Shown here one piece after another: positions 48,643 through 57,857 of a stretch of DNA of 64,000 nt (its first letter is position 1; each line of letters starts with the position of its first letter). The notes under the pieces are model-generated. The model was not told where the DNA came from, made no database searches, and saw nothing but the letters and a program-made list of their open reading frames with translations. The translations under genes were made by a program, and so were the position numbers. Source of the stretch: Candidatus Krumholzibacteriota bacterium (lineage in GTDB: Bacteria > Krumholzibacteriota > Krumholzibacteriia > JAJRXK01); contig CAVSGG010000007.1 in the NCBI GenBank assembly GCA_963727455.1, positions 64,001 to 128,000 of the forward strand, given 5' to 3'.

Positions 48643-49569
48643 GTGTCCTCTTTCGACCCCATCCTCCGCTGCGCCCGTCTCAGCCAGTCCTATGGCGAGA
48701 AGAAGGTGCTCCACGAACTCGAATTCGAGGTCGGAGGCGGAGCCGTGGGTCTTTTGGGCCCCAATGGTTCGGGTAAGACCACGCTGCTTCGTACCCTCTT
48801 GGGGCTTTTGCCCGTGCCCCCCGGGTGCGCTCAGGTTCTGGGAATCGATCCGGGGCTTTCGCCTTTGGCCCTGCGCCGCCGCATCGGGCTGGTTCCGGAG
48901 AGCGAGTGCCTGGTGCCGGGCATGAATGCGGTGGAGCTCACGGGCTACGCGGGGGAACTCACCGGGATGAGTTCCAAGGACGCCATGCAACGGGCGCACC
49001 AGGTGCTTTACTACGTTGGCCTCGGCGAGGCCCGGTACCGGGATTTGGAGACCTACAGCCAGGGCATGAAACAGCGGCTCAAGCTGGCACAGGCCCTCGT
49101 CCACGACCCCGACCTCGTGTTCTTGGACGAACCCACCAACGGAATGGATCCACCGGGGCGCGAGACCATGCTCGCTCTCATCCGCGAGATCAGTCACGCC
49201 AAAGGGGTTTCCGTCGTCCTGAGCAGCCACCTTCTGCCCGACGTGCAGGAGACCTGCGACAGCGTGTTGATTCTCAAGGATGGTCGGCTGCGCTCTCAGG
49301 AAGCGGTGAGCCACGACCCTCTGCACGAGCATCTTCTTTTCGAAGTGCGAGGACGAGGTGACCTCGCAGCCCTCGGCGAAGAACTGCGGGTGCGAGGTCA
49401 CGATTTCACCCCCATCCAGAACGGAATCCGCGTGCGCTTGAAGGAGGGGGTGGGTGGGCCCGAACCCATCTTGCAGACCGCTCTTTCGCTGCCCAATCCG
49501 GTGGAGATCCGGCATCTGATGCCGGCGGGGCGCACGGTGGAAGACTCATTTTTCGAGGCGATCGACTGA
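48643..49569 (+). CDS. ABC transporter ATP-binding protein
   Basis: GPNGSGKTT, YSQGMKQR, FLDEPTNGMDP, SSHLL. Confidence 0.93.
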   Translation: MSSFDPILRCARLSQSYGEKKVLHELEFEVGGGAVGLLGPNGSGKTTLLRTLLGLLPVPPGCAQVLGIDPGLSPLALRRRIGLVPESECLVPGMNAVELTGYAGELTGMSSKDAMQRAHQVLYYVGLGEARYRDLETYSQGMKQRLKLAQALVHDPDLVFLDEPTNGMDPPGRETMLALIREISHAKGVSVVLSSHLLPDVQETCDSVLILKDGRLRSQEAVSHDPLHEHLLFEVRGRGDLAALGEELRVRGHDFTPIQNGIRVRLKEGVGGPEPILQTALSLPNPVEIRHLMPAGRTVEDSFFEAID

Positions 49570-50426
49570 TGCCGATTTACGAACAGGGCTACACCCGGTG
49601 GGAGGGGGAGATTCAGGCGCGGCCCATGCGCTTCTGGCCAATCCTTCGCCGCGGATTCCTCGCCGAGCTCAAGCGGCGCCGGACGCTGATTCTCTTGTTC
49701 TTGGCCTGGGCGGCCGTTCTCATTCGCGGGGTCGTTCTTTACGGAGACCTGCGGGCGGGGAGCTTGTTGCAGTCCTCGGGGCTGCTCAAGACGGGACTCA
49801 GCTTTTTCTATTCGGCGCTGAAGGGTCAGTCGGTCTTCGTCATCCTCTTCGTTCTGCTCTCGGGGACCGATCTCGTTTCCAAGGACCGGCGCTTCCACGC
49901 TCTGCAGATCTATTTTTCGCGTCCCTTGACGCCCAACGATTACATCCTGGGAAAACTGGGAATCGTGAGTGCCTTCGTGTTCGCGGTGAGCTTCTTGCCG
50001 GTTCTCTTGCTGTGGATCTTCGCGGTCGCGGTGAGCGTGCAGCAGGGCTACTTCGCGACGGTGTGGAGCGCCCCCTTGCTGGCCCTGTTCTACTGCGGCC
50101 TGTGGGCGGCCCTGGCCGGCCTCATGGTCCTGATGCTCTCTTCCGTTGCCCAGCGAAGCGCGATCATCGCGGTGAGCTGGGTCCTGTTGTGGGGACTCTT
50201 GGTGGTGGATGGGGTCACGCGAATTCTCAAGATGCTCACGGGCTGGTCCCTCTGGAGCCTCGTGAACGTCGACGCGAATCTCAAGCAGGTGGGCGCGTGG
50301 ATCTTCGGCGCCGACCGTCCCCTGGGCTACCATCCTCTCCTCAGCGTCTTCGTGATCCTGGCGGTGGGTGCGATCTGCTATGTCATACTGCGCAAGCGGA
50401 TCCGTCCGGTGGAGGTCGTGCTGTGA
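49569..50426 (+). CDS. ABC-2 type transporter permease
   Basis: About six TM segments; D.R..ALQIYFSRPL...Y.LGK. Confidence 0.85.
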   Translation: MPIYEQGYTRWEGEIQARPMRFWPILRRGFLAELKRRRTLILLFLAWAAVLIRGVVLYGDLRAGSLLQSSGLLKTGLSFFYSALKGQSVFVILFVLLSGTDLVSKDRRFHALQIYFSRPLTPNDYILGKLGIVSAFVFAVSFLPVLLLWIFAVAVSVQQGYFATVWSAPLLALFYCGLWAALAGLMVLMLSSVAQRSAIIAVSWVLLWGLLVVDGVTRILKMLTGWSLWSLVNVDANLKQVGAWIFGADRPLGYHPLLSVFVILAVGAICYVILRKRIRPVEVVL

Positions 50427-51388
50427 TTCAGGCCCCGCCCACATCCCCGCCCGACACCTCCATGGTCGTGTTGAAAACACAGAACCTGTCCCGTTGGTAC
50501 GGTCAGGTCATCGGGGTCAACGATCTCACGGTGGACGTGAGCCCGGGAGTGACCGGACTCTTGGGACTCAACGGCGCGGGCAAGAGTACTCTCTTCAAAC
50601 TGATGGCCGGTCAACTGAAGCCGAGCGCGGGAGTGGTCCGCGTGTGCGGCCACGATCTCGCCCACTACCGCGGGCTCTACCGCTTGATCGGATTCTTGGC
50701 CGAGCCCGATGCGCTCTACGAATCGATGACCGGACGCGAAATGCTGGTCTATCTCACGCGCCTGCAGGGATTCACGAAGGACGAAGCGAACGACCGGACG
50801 CAGCGAGCGTTGCAGCGCACCCATCTGGTGGAGGCGGCGGACCGGCGCGTGAAGGGCTATTCCAAGGGCATGCGCCAGAAGATCAAACTCGCGCAGGCGC
50901 TTGCCCACGATCCGCAGATCCTCTTCCTGGACGAACCGTTCAACGGAATGGATCCGGTGAGTCGCAAGGAATCCATGGACCTCATCCGAGAGCTGGGAGC
51001 GGAGGGCAAGACGGTCATGGTCAGTAGCCACATCCTGCACGAGGTCGAGGCGATGACCTCGCGCATTCTGCTCATCCACCGCGGGCAGATTTTGGCGGAC
51101 GGTGACATCGGCGAAATTCGCGATGCGATCGAGCGGCACCCGCATCGCATCGAGGTGCACTGTGATTCGCCGCGGGCCCTGGCCTCCGAGTTCATCTCGC
51201 TGCAGGACGTGCAGGGGCTGCGCGTGAGTTCAGAGAACGCACTGCTTCTCGAGTCGGATCTGCCGCGCGAGGTCTACCGCTTGCTGCCCGAGTTCGCCTT
51301 GCGCCCCGAAATGGGGGTCCGTTCGTGGACTACCCTGGACGACAATCTCAAGAGCCTCTTCGAGTACTTGGTGGAGGACGGCAGGTGA
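50423..51388 (+). CDS. ABC transporter ATP-binding protein
   Basis: GTGA overlap; GLNGAGKST, YSKGMRQK, FLDEPFNGMDP, SSHILHE. Confidence 0.93.
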   Translation: MIQAPPTSPPDTSMVVLKTQNLSRWYGQVIGVNDLTVDVSPGVTGLLGLNGAGKSTLFKLMAGQLKPSAGVVRVCGHDLAHYRGLYRLIGFLAEPDALYESMTGREMLVYLTRLQGFTKDEANDRTQRALQRTHLVEAADRRVKGYSKGMRQKIKLAQALAHDPQILFLDEPFNGMDPVSRKESMDLIRELGAEGKTVMVSSHILHEVEAMTSRILLIHRGQILADGDIGEIRDAIERHPHRIEVHCDSPRALASEFISLQDVQGLRVSSENALLLESDLPREVYRLLPEFALRPEMGVRSWTTLDDNLKSLFEYLVEDGR

Positions 51389-52230
51389 ACGGAAGAGAAC
51401 TCCAGGAAGCTTACGCCGACAAACCGCCGGCGACCCTCGAGCCCTCACTCACCATCGGTCTGGTGTACAACGCCGCGGTGAAGGAGCTGGTACGGCGCAA
51501 ACGCCTCGTATTCTTGGGCATGGCCGTGGTCTTTCCCCTCGTGCTCACCATCATCTGGCGCTTCTACGGAACCGAAGAGATCTCGCCCACGGAGTTCTTC
51601 GCCAACATCGGCGGCCTGGTCTATCTCAAAGCACTGGTCTATCTGGTGAGCCTTTTCTTCGGAGTTCCCACCATCCACGACGAGGTGGAGGGAAGGACCA
51701 TCACCTATCTCTTTACCCGCCCGCTCTCCCGTGGCGCAGTGTACGCCGGTCGCCTGCTCGCAGTGCAGAGTATCTCGGCCTTGGTGCTGACCGCCTCCTT
51801 GGCCGTATGTTTTCTGTTGATGGTGGTGGGCAATGCGCAGGCCATCAATCTCGACTTCATCGAGGTCTATACCAATTACTTCCTGGTGATCCTCTTGGCC
51901 GTATTCTGCTACACGGCTATCTTCGCGTTCATGGGTACCGTCTTCAAACGGCCGCTCATCTGGGGAATCCTTTACATCTTCGCGTGGGAAAGCACGGTTA
52001 GCGTGGCTCCGATGCGCTTGCAGATGTGGACCCTCGAGTGGCACCTGCGCAATCTCATCGTGAGCCGGCAGGACGTGCAGGCGTCGCTGACCGATTTCGT
52101 CCGGGGCCTGCTCTCCGTGGAATACAGTCTGCCCCTCTGGGGTTCTCTGTTCATCCTTCTGGGCGTGGTGACTCTCTTCACATTCCTCGGGGGGATGGTG
52201 TTCGGGCGCAAGGAATACGTGATCAACTGA
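51385..52230 (+). CDS. ABC-2 type transporter permease
   Basis: DEVEGRTITYLFTRPLSR; TM segments; ends FGRKEY. Confidence 0.85.
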   Translation: MNGRELQEAYADKPPATLEPSLTIGLVYNAAVKELVRRKRLVFLGMAVVFPLVLTIIWRFYGTEEISPTEFFANIGGLVYLKALVYLVSLFFGVPTIHDEVEGRTITYLFTRPLSRGAVYAGRLLAVQSISALVLTASLAVCFLLMVVGNAQAINLDFIEVYTNYFLVILLAVFCYTAIFAFMGTVFKRPLIWGILYIFAWESTVSVAPMRLQMWTLEWHLRNLIVSRQDVQASLTDFVRGLLSVEYSLPLWGSLFILLGVVTLFTFLGGMVFGRKEYVIN

Positions 52231-52832
52231 TGGTGCGCGGCGGGTTTCCCGCGTACCGGCGTTTGGGCCGGCGATTCTTCGCGCGGAGCGCCGAGGAACT
52301 CGCGCCAGATCTTCTGGGCTGCGCTTTGGTTCTCCGCGTCGGTGGGCTGACCCTGGCCATCAAGCTGGTCGAGGTGGAGGCCTATCTGGGGCAGGGAGAG
52401 GATCCCGCGAGCCACGCGTTTCGGGGTAAGACAGCCCGCAATCAGCAGATGTTCGCAACCCCGGGCCACCTTTACGTGTATTTCACCTACGGCATGCACT
52501 ACTGCTCGAACGTGGTGGCAGAGAAGAAGGGTGTGGCAGGAGCGGTTCTGCTACGCGCCGGTGAAGTGTTGCAGGGGGCCGAGCTGATGGGTGCGCGCCG
52601 TGGGCGCAAGGGCGTGGAAATCGCGAACGGTCCGGCCAAGCTCTGCCAGGCCCTGGGCCTCGACTTGCGTCACAACGGTTTGGATCTCACTCGGGACGAG
52701 TTGGGAATTTGGCCCTTTGCCGCGCCGAAGCGCGTGGCTCGATCCAGCCGCATTGGAGTAAGAGAAGGAAGGGAGCTCCGTCTGCGTTTCTTCGACCCTG
52801 GGTCCCCCTTTATCTCCGGGAAACGAGGATGA
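52230..52832 (+). CDS. DNA-3-methyladenine glycosylase (MPG/AAG family)
   Basis: VEVEAYLG..DPASH, YVYFTYGMHYC, AVLLRA, NGPAKLCQALG, RIGV. Confidence 0.93.
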   Translation: MVRGGFPAYRRLGRRFFARSAEELAPDLLGCALVLRVGGLTLAIKLVEVEAYLGQGEDPASHAFRGKTARNQQMFATPGHLYVYFTYGMHYCSNVVAEKKGVAGAVLLRAGEVLQGAELMGARRGRKGVEIANGPAKLCQALGLDLRHNGLDLTRDELGIWPFAAPKRVARSSRIGVREGRELRLRFFDPGSPFISGKRG

Positions 52833-52840
52833 ATCTACCT

Positions 52841-52870
52841 TTGACCCCCGGTGGGAAGGGTTGGTACCCT
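52841..52870 (+). promoter_or_regulatory. Putative sigma70 promoter of the M16 peptidase pair
   Basis: TTGACC-N18-TACCCT with TG at the extended -10 position. Confidence 0.4.
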
Positions 52871-52971
52871 ACTTTGCTTCCGGACGTGACCGGCGAGAGA
52901 AATTTGCATCTCGCGCTCACGTCTCCACTTTTTCTTCGACCCCGTGAAAGTTTCAACCCAGAGGAGGGCAG

Positions 52972-54486
52972 ATGCGACGCGCACTCCTGACTTCGCTTCT
53001 TCTTTTGACGATGCTCGTGCTCGGTGCCATTGCGGCGCCGGCCCAGGACATCGCCAAGCTGGAGAAGAACATCAGCACATTCACGCTGGACAACGGTCTC
53101 AAATTCATCGTGGTCGAACGCCACGATTCTCCGGTGTTCAGCTACGTGTCCATGTGCAAAGTCGGATCAGTGAACGAAGTTCCCGGCATCACCGGCTTGG
53201 CGCACATGTTCGAACACATGGCCTTCAAAGGCACCGATGTCATCGGTACCAAGGATTACTCCAAGGAGAAGAAGGCGCTCGACGCAGTGGACGAGGCGCA
53301 GGCTGCTTGGTGGCAGACCAAGCTGAAGGGCGCCTCCGACGAAGAGGTCGCGAAGGCCAAAGAGGCGATGCAGAAGGCCGAGCAGGCCGCCGACGAGTAC
53401 GTGGTCAAGAACGAGTTCGGCAGCATCGTGGAGCAGGCGGGTGGCACTGGCCTCAACGCGTCTACCCAGTCGGACGTCACGACCTACTTCTACAATCTTC
53501 CCAGCAACAAGCTACAGCTGTGGGCCTATCTCGAGTCGCAGCGCTACATCCACCCGGTCCTCCGCGAGTTCTACAAGGAACGGGACGTGGTGGAAGAAGA
53601 GCGTCGTATGCGCACCGAGTCCAGCTCCTTCGGCCGCTTGCTCGAGGAGTTCATCACCACGGCCTACAAGGCGCATCCCTACGGGCAACCCACGGTCGGA
53701 CACATGAGCGATCTCGAGGCCTTCACGCGCAAGGACGCGCTCAAGTTCCATGCGAAGTACTACGTGCCTGGCAACGTGGTCATGTGTTTGGTGGGCGACA
53801 TCGACCCCAAGGAAGTGCAGTCGCTCGCGAAGAAGTACTTCGGACCGTGGAAAGCGGGTCCCGTTCCCGAGCCAGTCCGGACCGTCGAGCCTCCGCAAAT
53901 TGCCGAGCGCACCGTGACTTTGAAAGATCCCGGTCAGCCTCTGTTGGTCATGGGCTATCACAAGCCCGCGGCCTCGAGCCCCGATGACGCGGCCTTCGAC
54001 GTCTTGACCGAAGTTATGGCCAACGGGCGCAGCAGCCGCCTCTACAAGAAGCTCGTGAAGGAGGACCAGTCGGCCGTGAGCGTCGGCGCCTTCACCGGCT
54101 TCCCCGGACAGCTTTACCCTGGGCTCTTTCTCACCTTCGCCGTGCCCGCGAAGGGCTTCACCGCGGCCCAGTGCGAGAGCAGCATTCTGAAGGAATTCGA
54201 GAAGGCGAAGTCCGGCGACATCACCGCCGAAGAGCTCGAGGGAGCGAAAACGCGCCTGAAGGCCAACTGGATTCGCCAGGTGCGTTCCGACACCGGCATG
54301 GCGCGCACCCTGTGCAGCGCCCAGGTCATTCTGGGGGACTGGCAGAAGGCTCTGAGTTATCCCAGCGAGGTCGACGCGGTGACCCTGGACGACCTCCAGC
54401 GTCTGTGTAAGACCTACCTGATCGAGAAGAATCTGACCGTCGGAACCATCGTGACCGAGGAGAAGGGAGCCGAAGATGCGAGCTAG
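52972..54486 (+). CDS. Exported M16B zinc peptidase, catalytic subunit
   Basis: Signal peptide; TLDNGL, GLAHMFEHMAFKGT (HxxEH), LNAST, ERDVVEEERRMR. Confidence 0.93.
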   Translation: MRRALLTSLLLLTMLVLGAIAAPAQDIAKLEKNISTFTLDNGLKFIVVERHDSPVFSYVSMCKVGSVNEVPGITGLAHMFEHMAFKGTDVIGTKDYSKEKKALDAVDEAQAAWWQTKLKGASDEEVAKAKEAMQKAEQAADEYVVKNEFGSIVEQAGGTGLNASTQSDVTTYFYNLPSNKLQLWAYLESQRYIHPVLREFYKERDVVEEERRMRTESSSFGRLLEEFITTAYKAHPYGQPTVGHMSDLEAFTRKDALKFHAKYYVPGNVVMCLVGDIDPKEVQSLAKKYFGPWKAGPVPEPVRTVEPPQIAERTVTLKDPGQPLLVMGYHKPAASSPDDAAFDVLTEVMANGRSSRLYKKLVKEDQSAVSVGAFTGFPGQLYPGLFLTFAVPAKGFTAAQCESSILKEFEKAKSGDITAEELEGAKTRLKANWIRQVRSDTGMARTLCSAQVILGDWQKALSYPSEVDAVTLDDLQRLCKTYLIEKNLTVGTIVTEEKGAEDAS

Positions 54487-56632
54487 AGTAAGCCGGAGCC
54501 TATCGGCCGCGCTTGCCGTGGCCGTCCTCTTTCCCCTTTTGCTCGTTTCGAGCGCCACCGACGCCAGCGCGGCCAATCGGCCGTGGGAGAATTTCCACTA
54601 CCCCGAATTGGGGAAAGTCCAGGTGCCGGATTACCAGCGACACGAGTTGGACAACGGCATGGTGATCTACCTCATGGAAGATCATGATTGGCCGCTGGTC
54701 GAAGGCCGGGTCCTGATTCGCACCGGATCGGTCTACGAGCCGGCCGCCAAAGTCGGTCTGGCCGAGATCGAAGGTGAGGTGCTGCGCACCGGCGGTACCG
54801 AGACCATCAGCGGAGACGATCTCGACGATTTGCTCGCGGGCATGGGAGCCTCGATCGAGAGTTCAGTGGAGGACACACGGGGCACCGTGAGCTTCTCCTT
54901 CCTGCGCAAGGATGCCAAGCGCGGGCTGGAGCTGGTGGGAGACATCCTGCAGCATCCCGCCTTCGAGGACGCCAAGATCGATCTGGCCAAGACCTCACAG
55001 CGCGCGGCCATCGCGCGCCGCAACGACGAGCTCATGTCGATCTTGCGCCGTGAAATTCCCAAGGCGATCTGGGGTCCCGATCACCCCTATGCGCGCAATA
55101 CCGAGTACGCGACCATCGACGCGATCACGCGCGACGACCTGGTCGATTTCTACCAGTACTTCTACCACCCCGAGAACATGATGCTCGCGGTGTGGGGCGA
55201 CTTCGATTCGAAGGAGATGCTTGCTCAGCTGAAGGACCAGTTCGGTGGATGGAAGAGGGTGGACAATCCCATTCCCGCCTTGCCCAAGGCCCCCAAGGAG
55301 GAGACACGCCGCGTACTGGTGGCGAACAAGGACGACGTAACCCAGAGCTGGTTCGCGGCGGGGCAAGTAGGCATGAAGATGGACGATCCCGATTACTATT
55401 CGATGATCGTGATGAATCGGATTCTGGGCGGAGGTTTCTCCTCGCGTCTGTTCAACGAGGTCCGAAGCAATCTGGGCCTGGCCTATACCGTGGGCAGCTC
55501 CGCCGGAGTTGGGATGGCGCACAAGGGTACATTCATGACCTACTGCGGAACCAAGAACTCCTCGGTGGACAAGGCCCTGGGAGCGGTGCTCAAGCAGGTG
55601 GACAAGATCCGTGAGTCCGAGGTGGATCAGGACGAGCTGACCAAGGCCAAGGAAGCCATGCTCAATTCGTACGTCTTCAACTTCGTGCGCAAGAGCCAGA
55701 CTCTGACCCGCCTGCAGACCTACGAGTTCCTGGGCTACCCCAGCGACTTCCTGCAGCAGTATCCTGACAAAATCCGCGCGGTCACCGCGAAGGACGTGCA
55801 GGACGTGGCACAGAGCCGCATTCATCCCGAAGACTTCGCCATCGTCGCGGTGGGCAAGAAATCGGAATGGGACGGAGATCTCACCGAATTCGGCCCGGTA
55901 GAGGACCTGGACATCAGTATCCCCGAACCTGAGGGGCCCCAGTTCCCCGAGGCCACGGCGGAGACGATCGAGAAGGGCCACGCCATCATGGCTGCGGCAC
56001 AGAAAGCGCTCGGAGGCGAAAAGCTCAGCAAGCTTTCCAGCCTCCATCGCCAGGACAAGGCCAACCTGAGCGTGCAGGGGATGAGCATCAACATCGGCCT
56101 GAATTCCTGGACGCTCTATCCCAGCAGTGCGCGCGTGGAGATCAGCATGCCCATGGGGAACATGGTGCAGGCGGTGTCCGCCGACGGGGCGTGGGCCAAG
56201 GGTCCGCAGGGTATGCAGGATTTGGGAGAGGAGCAGGCCGCGAAGCAACGGGAAGGAATCATCGAGGATGTCCACTATCTCGCGGGACACTTCGACTCCT
56301 TCCAGCTCCAAGCGCTTCCCTCCGAAATGGTGGGTGATACGAAAGCGGACGTCGTGCTGGTGTGGCTGAGCGACAAGAAATGGGTCAAGTTCTACTTCGA
56401 TCCCAGCACGCACATGCCACTCAAGCAGGCGGACATGGCGAAGAACATGATCACGCAGGCGATGGGTCTGCAGGAATCGACTTTCAGCGATTGGAAGGAT
56501 TACGGGGGAATTCTCTTCCCGCAGAAGGTGAACGTCACGCACGGTGGCGATCCGCTCATGAACGTCGAGACGCAGAGCATCGAGATCAACCCGAAGATCG
56601 ATCCCTCGATCTTCGAAAAACCGCAGAGTTAA
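54476..56632 (+). CDS. Exported M16B non-catalytic partner with an extra C-terminal beta domain
   Basis: Lacks HxxEH; has ILGGGFSSRLFNEVRSNLGLAY (R-Y pair); about 230 aa C-terminal extension. Confidence 0.88.
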   Translation: MRARVSRSLSAALAVAVLFPLLLVSSATDASAANRPWENFHYPELGKVQVPDYQRHELDNGMVIYLMEDHDWPLVEGRVLIRTGSVYEPAAKVGLAEIEGEVLRTGGTETISGDDLDDLLAGMGASIESSVEDTRGTVSFSFLRKDAKRGLELVGDILQHPAFEDAKIDLAKTSQRAAIARRNDELMSILRREIPKAIWGPDHPYARNTEYATIDAITRDDLVDFYQYFYHPENMMLAVWGDFDSKEMLAQLKDQFGGWKRVDNPIPALPKAPKEETRRVLVANKDDVTQSWFAAGQVGMKMDDPDYYSMIVMNRILGGGFSSRLFNEVRSNLGLAYTVGSSAGVGMAHKGTFMTYCGTKNSSVDKALGAVLKQVDKIRESEVDQDELTKAKEAMLNSYVFNFVRKSQTLTRLQTYEFLGYPSDFLQQYPDKIRAVTAKDVQDVAQSRIHPEDFAIVAVGKKSEWDGDLTEFGPVEDLDISIPEPEGPQFPEATAETIEKGHAIMAAAQKALGGEKLSKLSSLHRQDKANLSVQGMSINIGLNSWTLYPSSARVEISMPMGNMVQAVSADGAWAKGPQGMQDLGEEQAAKQREGIIEDVHYLAGHFDSFQLQALPSEMVGDTKADVVLVWLSDKKWVKFYFDPSTHMPLKQADMAKNMITQAMGLQESTFSDWKDYGGILFPQKVNVTHGGDPLMNVETQSIEINPKIDPSIFEKPQS

Positions 56633-56652
56633 GAGTCTGCGCGCGTCGCATG

Positions 56653-56687
56653 AAAAAAGGCCCGGGACAATCGTCCCGGGCCTTTTT
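56653..56687. terminator. Bidirectional Rho-independent terminator
   Basis: AAAAAAGGCCCGGGAC-AATC-GTCCCGGGCCTTTTT. Confidence 0.9.
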
Positions 56688-56775
56688 CGATCTTTAGTGC
56701 GAGCCGCCTCGAAGGCTGTCCCGGATTTTAAACGTGGTTAGCCGAACCGAGTGGCCAATAGGAGGCAGCCCGCAA
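56653..56775 (-). ncRNA. Candidate structured small RNA of unknown family
   Basis: 13-bp closing stem with G-U pairs that form only on the minus strand, an inner hairpin, upstream TAGCCA-N17-TATGCT, and a downstream U6 terminator. Confidence 0.5.
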
Positions 56776-57002
56776 GTTAGAGCATAGTTTACCCGCCTAG
56801 AGCTGGCTAGAAGAAATCGAGGCTTTCCCTGCGGCGCAATTGCAATCGCGGAACGCGCTTCCCGGCGGGAGCTTGCGGGGGAAGGTCGGCGAACTCAGCA
56901 ACTTCTTTACTAGCAACATTTTGAGTAGAGCTGCCAAAGTGTCAGACGCTTGGCAGGCCGAAAAACTGTGAGAATTCGCGAAGGGGAAGGGCCTCGGCCC
57001 GT

Positions 57003-57857
57003 TCAGAGGGCGAACGGCCGGTCCGCGTAGCCCGCCGTCGTGCGCCCCAGGTAGGCGGCCAGGCTGGGGGCGAGCCGCAGTGCGTGGAGTTTGCTGGGCC
57101 AGGCCCCCGGCGCGCGGCAGCCCAGCCCCAAGAGAATCCCCTCTTCCTGCGGCTGGCACACCAAGCTTCCCACCGACGCCCTCTCCGCTTCGAAGCTGAA
57201 GCCCTCGCGGGCCAGGGCCAGCAGCTGCTCTCCGTTCTCGCTGCGAACGCCGAGGACCTCGAGCGTCTCTCCCTGGAGCACGCGCTCCACACCACGAAGG
57301 CGCAAGAGCGCCTCGCGCACCTCGTCGCGCCGCGCGACTTGCGCGCAGCGGAAGCGCAGGATCGCACTCTCGACCTCGACTTCTCCCGCGGTCGCGTGGG
57401 GAAGTCGTTCCCATTGGATGCACTCAGCTGCCGCGCGAGCGCACGCGACACCGGCCAGAAGCAGCAGTTCCCCGTCCTCGCGGGTCTCAAAGAGTGTGCG
57501 CAACTCGTCGTCCAGCTCCGCGGCTACCCTAGAGCGGGCCAGGGAATCCAGTCCTTCGGCGCGAGCGTGTTCGAGCAGGCGCCCGTCCACGCGCACGCGC
57601 AGTTGAGGCGCGAACTCCGTCACCGAAGGGGCGCGGATCGACGAATCCACCGTGTCCCGCGAGAGTACGCGGCCATGCACGGCCGGGCTCTGTCCGCACA
57701 GGGCCGAGTGGATGACCACATCGGGCAAGCAGGGAAAGGGCGGAACCAATTCGGACACGTGTCCTGGATCCCGCGCGGAACTGAGCCACGGCAACGCTTC
57801 TTCCCGCAGGAGGCGTTGGCTGAGTCCCGGTAGGAAAATGAGGAGCACCCGGCTCAT
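57003..57857 (-). CDS. Degenerate alkaline-phosphatase/nucleotide-pyrophosphatase-fold protein
   Basis: ATGA coupling to the upstream gene; VLLIFLPGLS..LVPPFPCLPD..HSALCGQSPAVHG resembles the NPP N-terminal motifs. Confidence 0.55.
   Translation of the reverse strand: MSRVLLIFLPGLSQRLLREEALPWLSSARDPGHVSELVPPFPCLPDVVIHSALCGQSPAVHGRVLSRDTVDSSIRAPSVTEFAPQLRVRVDGRLLEHARAEGLDSLARSRVAAELDDELRTLFETREDGELLLLAGVACARAAAECIQWERLPHATAGEVEVESAILRFRCAQVARRDEVREALLRLRGVERVLQGETLEVLGVRSENGEQLLALAREGFSFEAERASVGSLVCQPQEEGILLGLGCRAPGAWPSKLHALRLAPSLAAYLGRTTAGYADRPFAL

Noticed and set aside
56720-56745. Resemblance to pistol ribozyme segments (CGTGGTTAG / CCACGTTTAAA)
   Set aside because: The two P1 arms are the same bases read on opposite strands, so the pistol fold cannot form.
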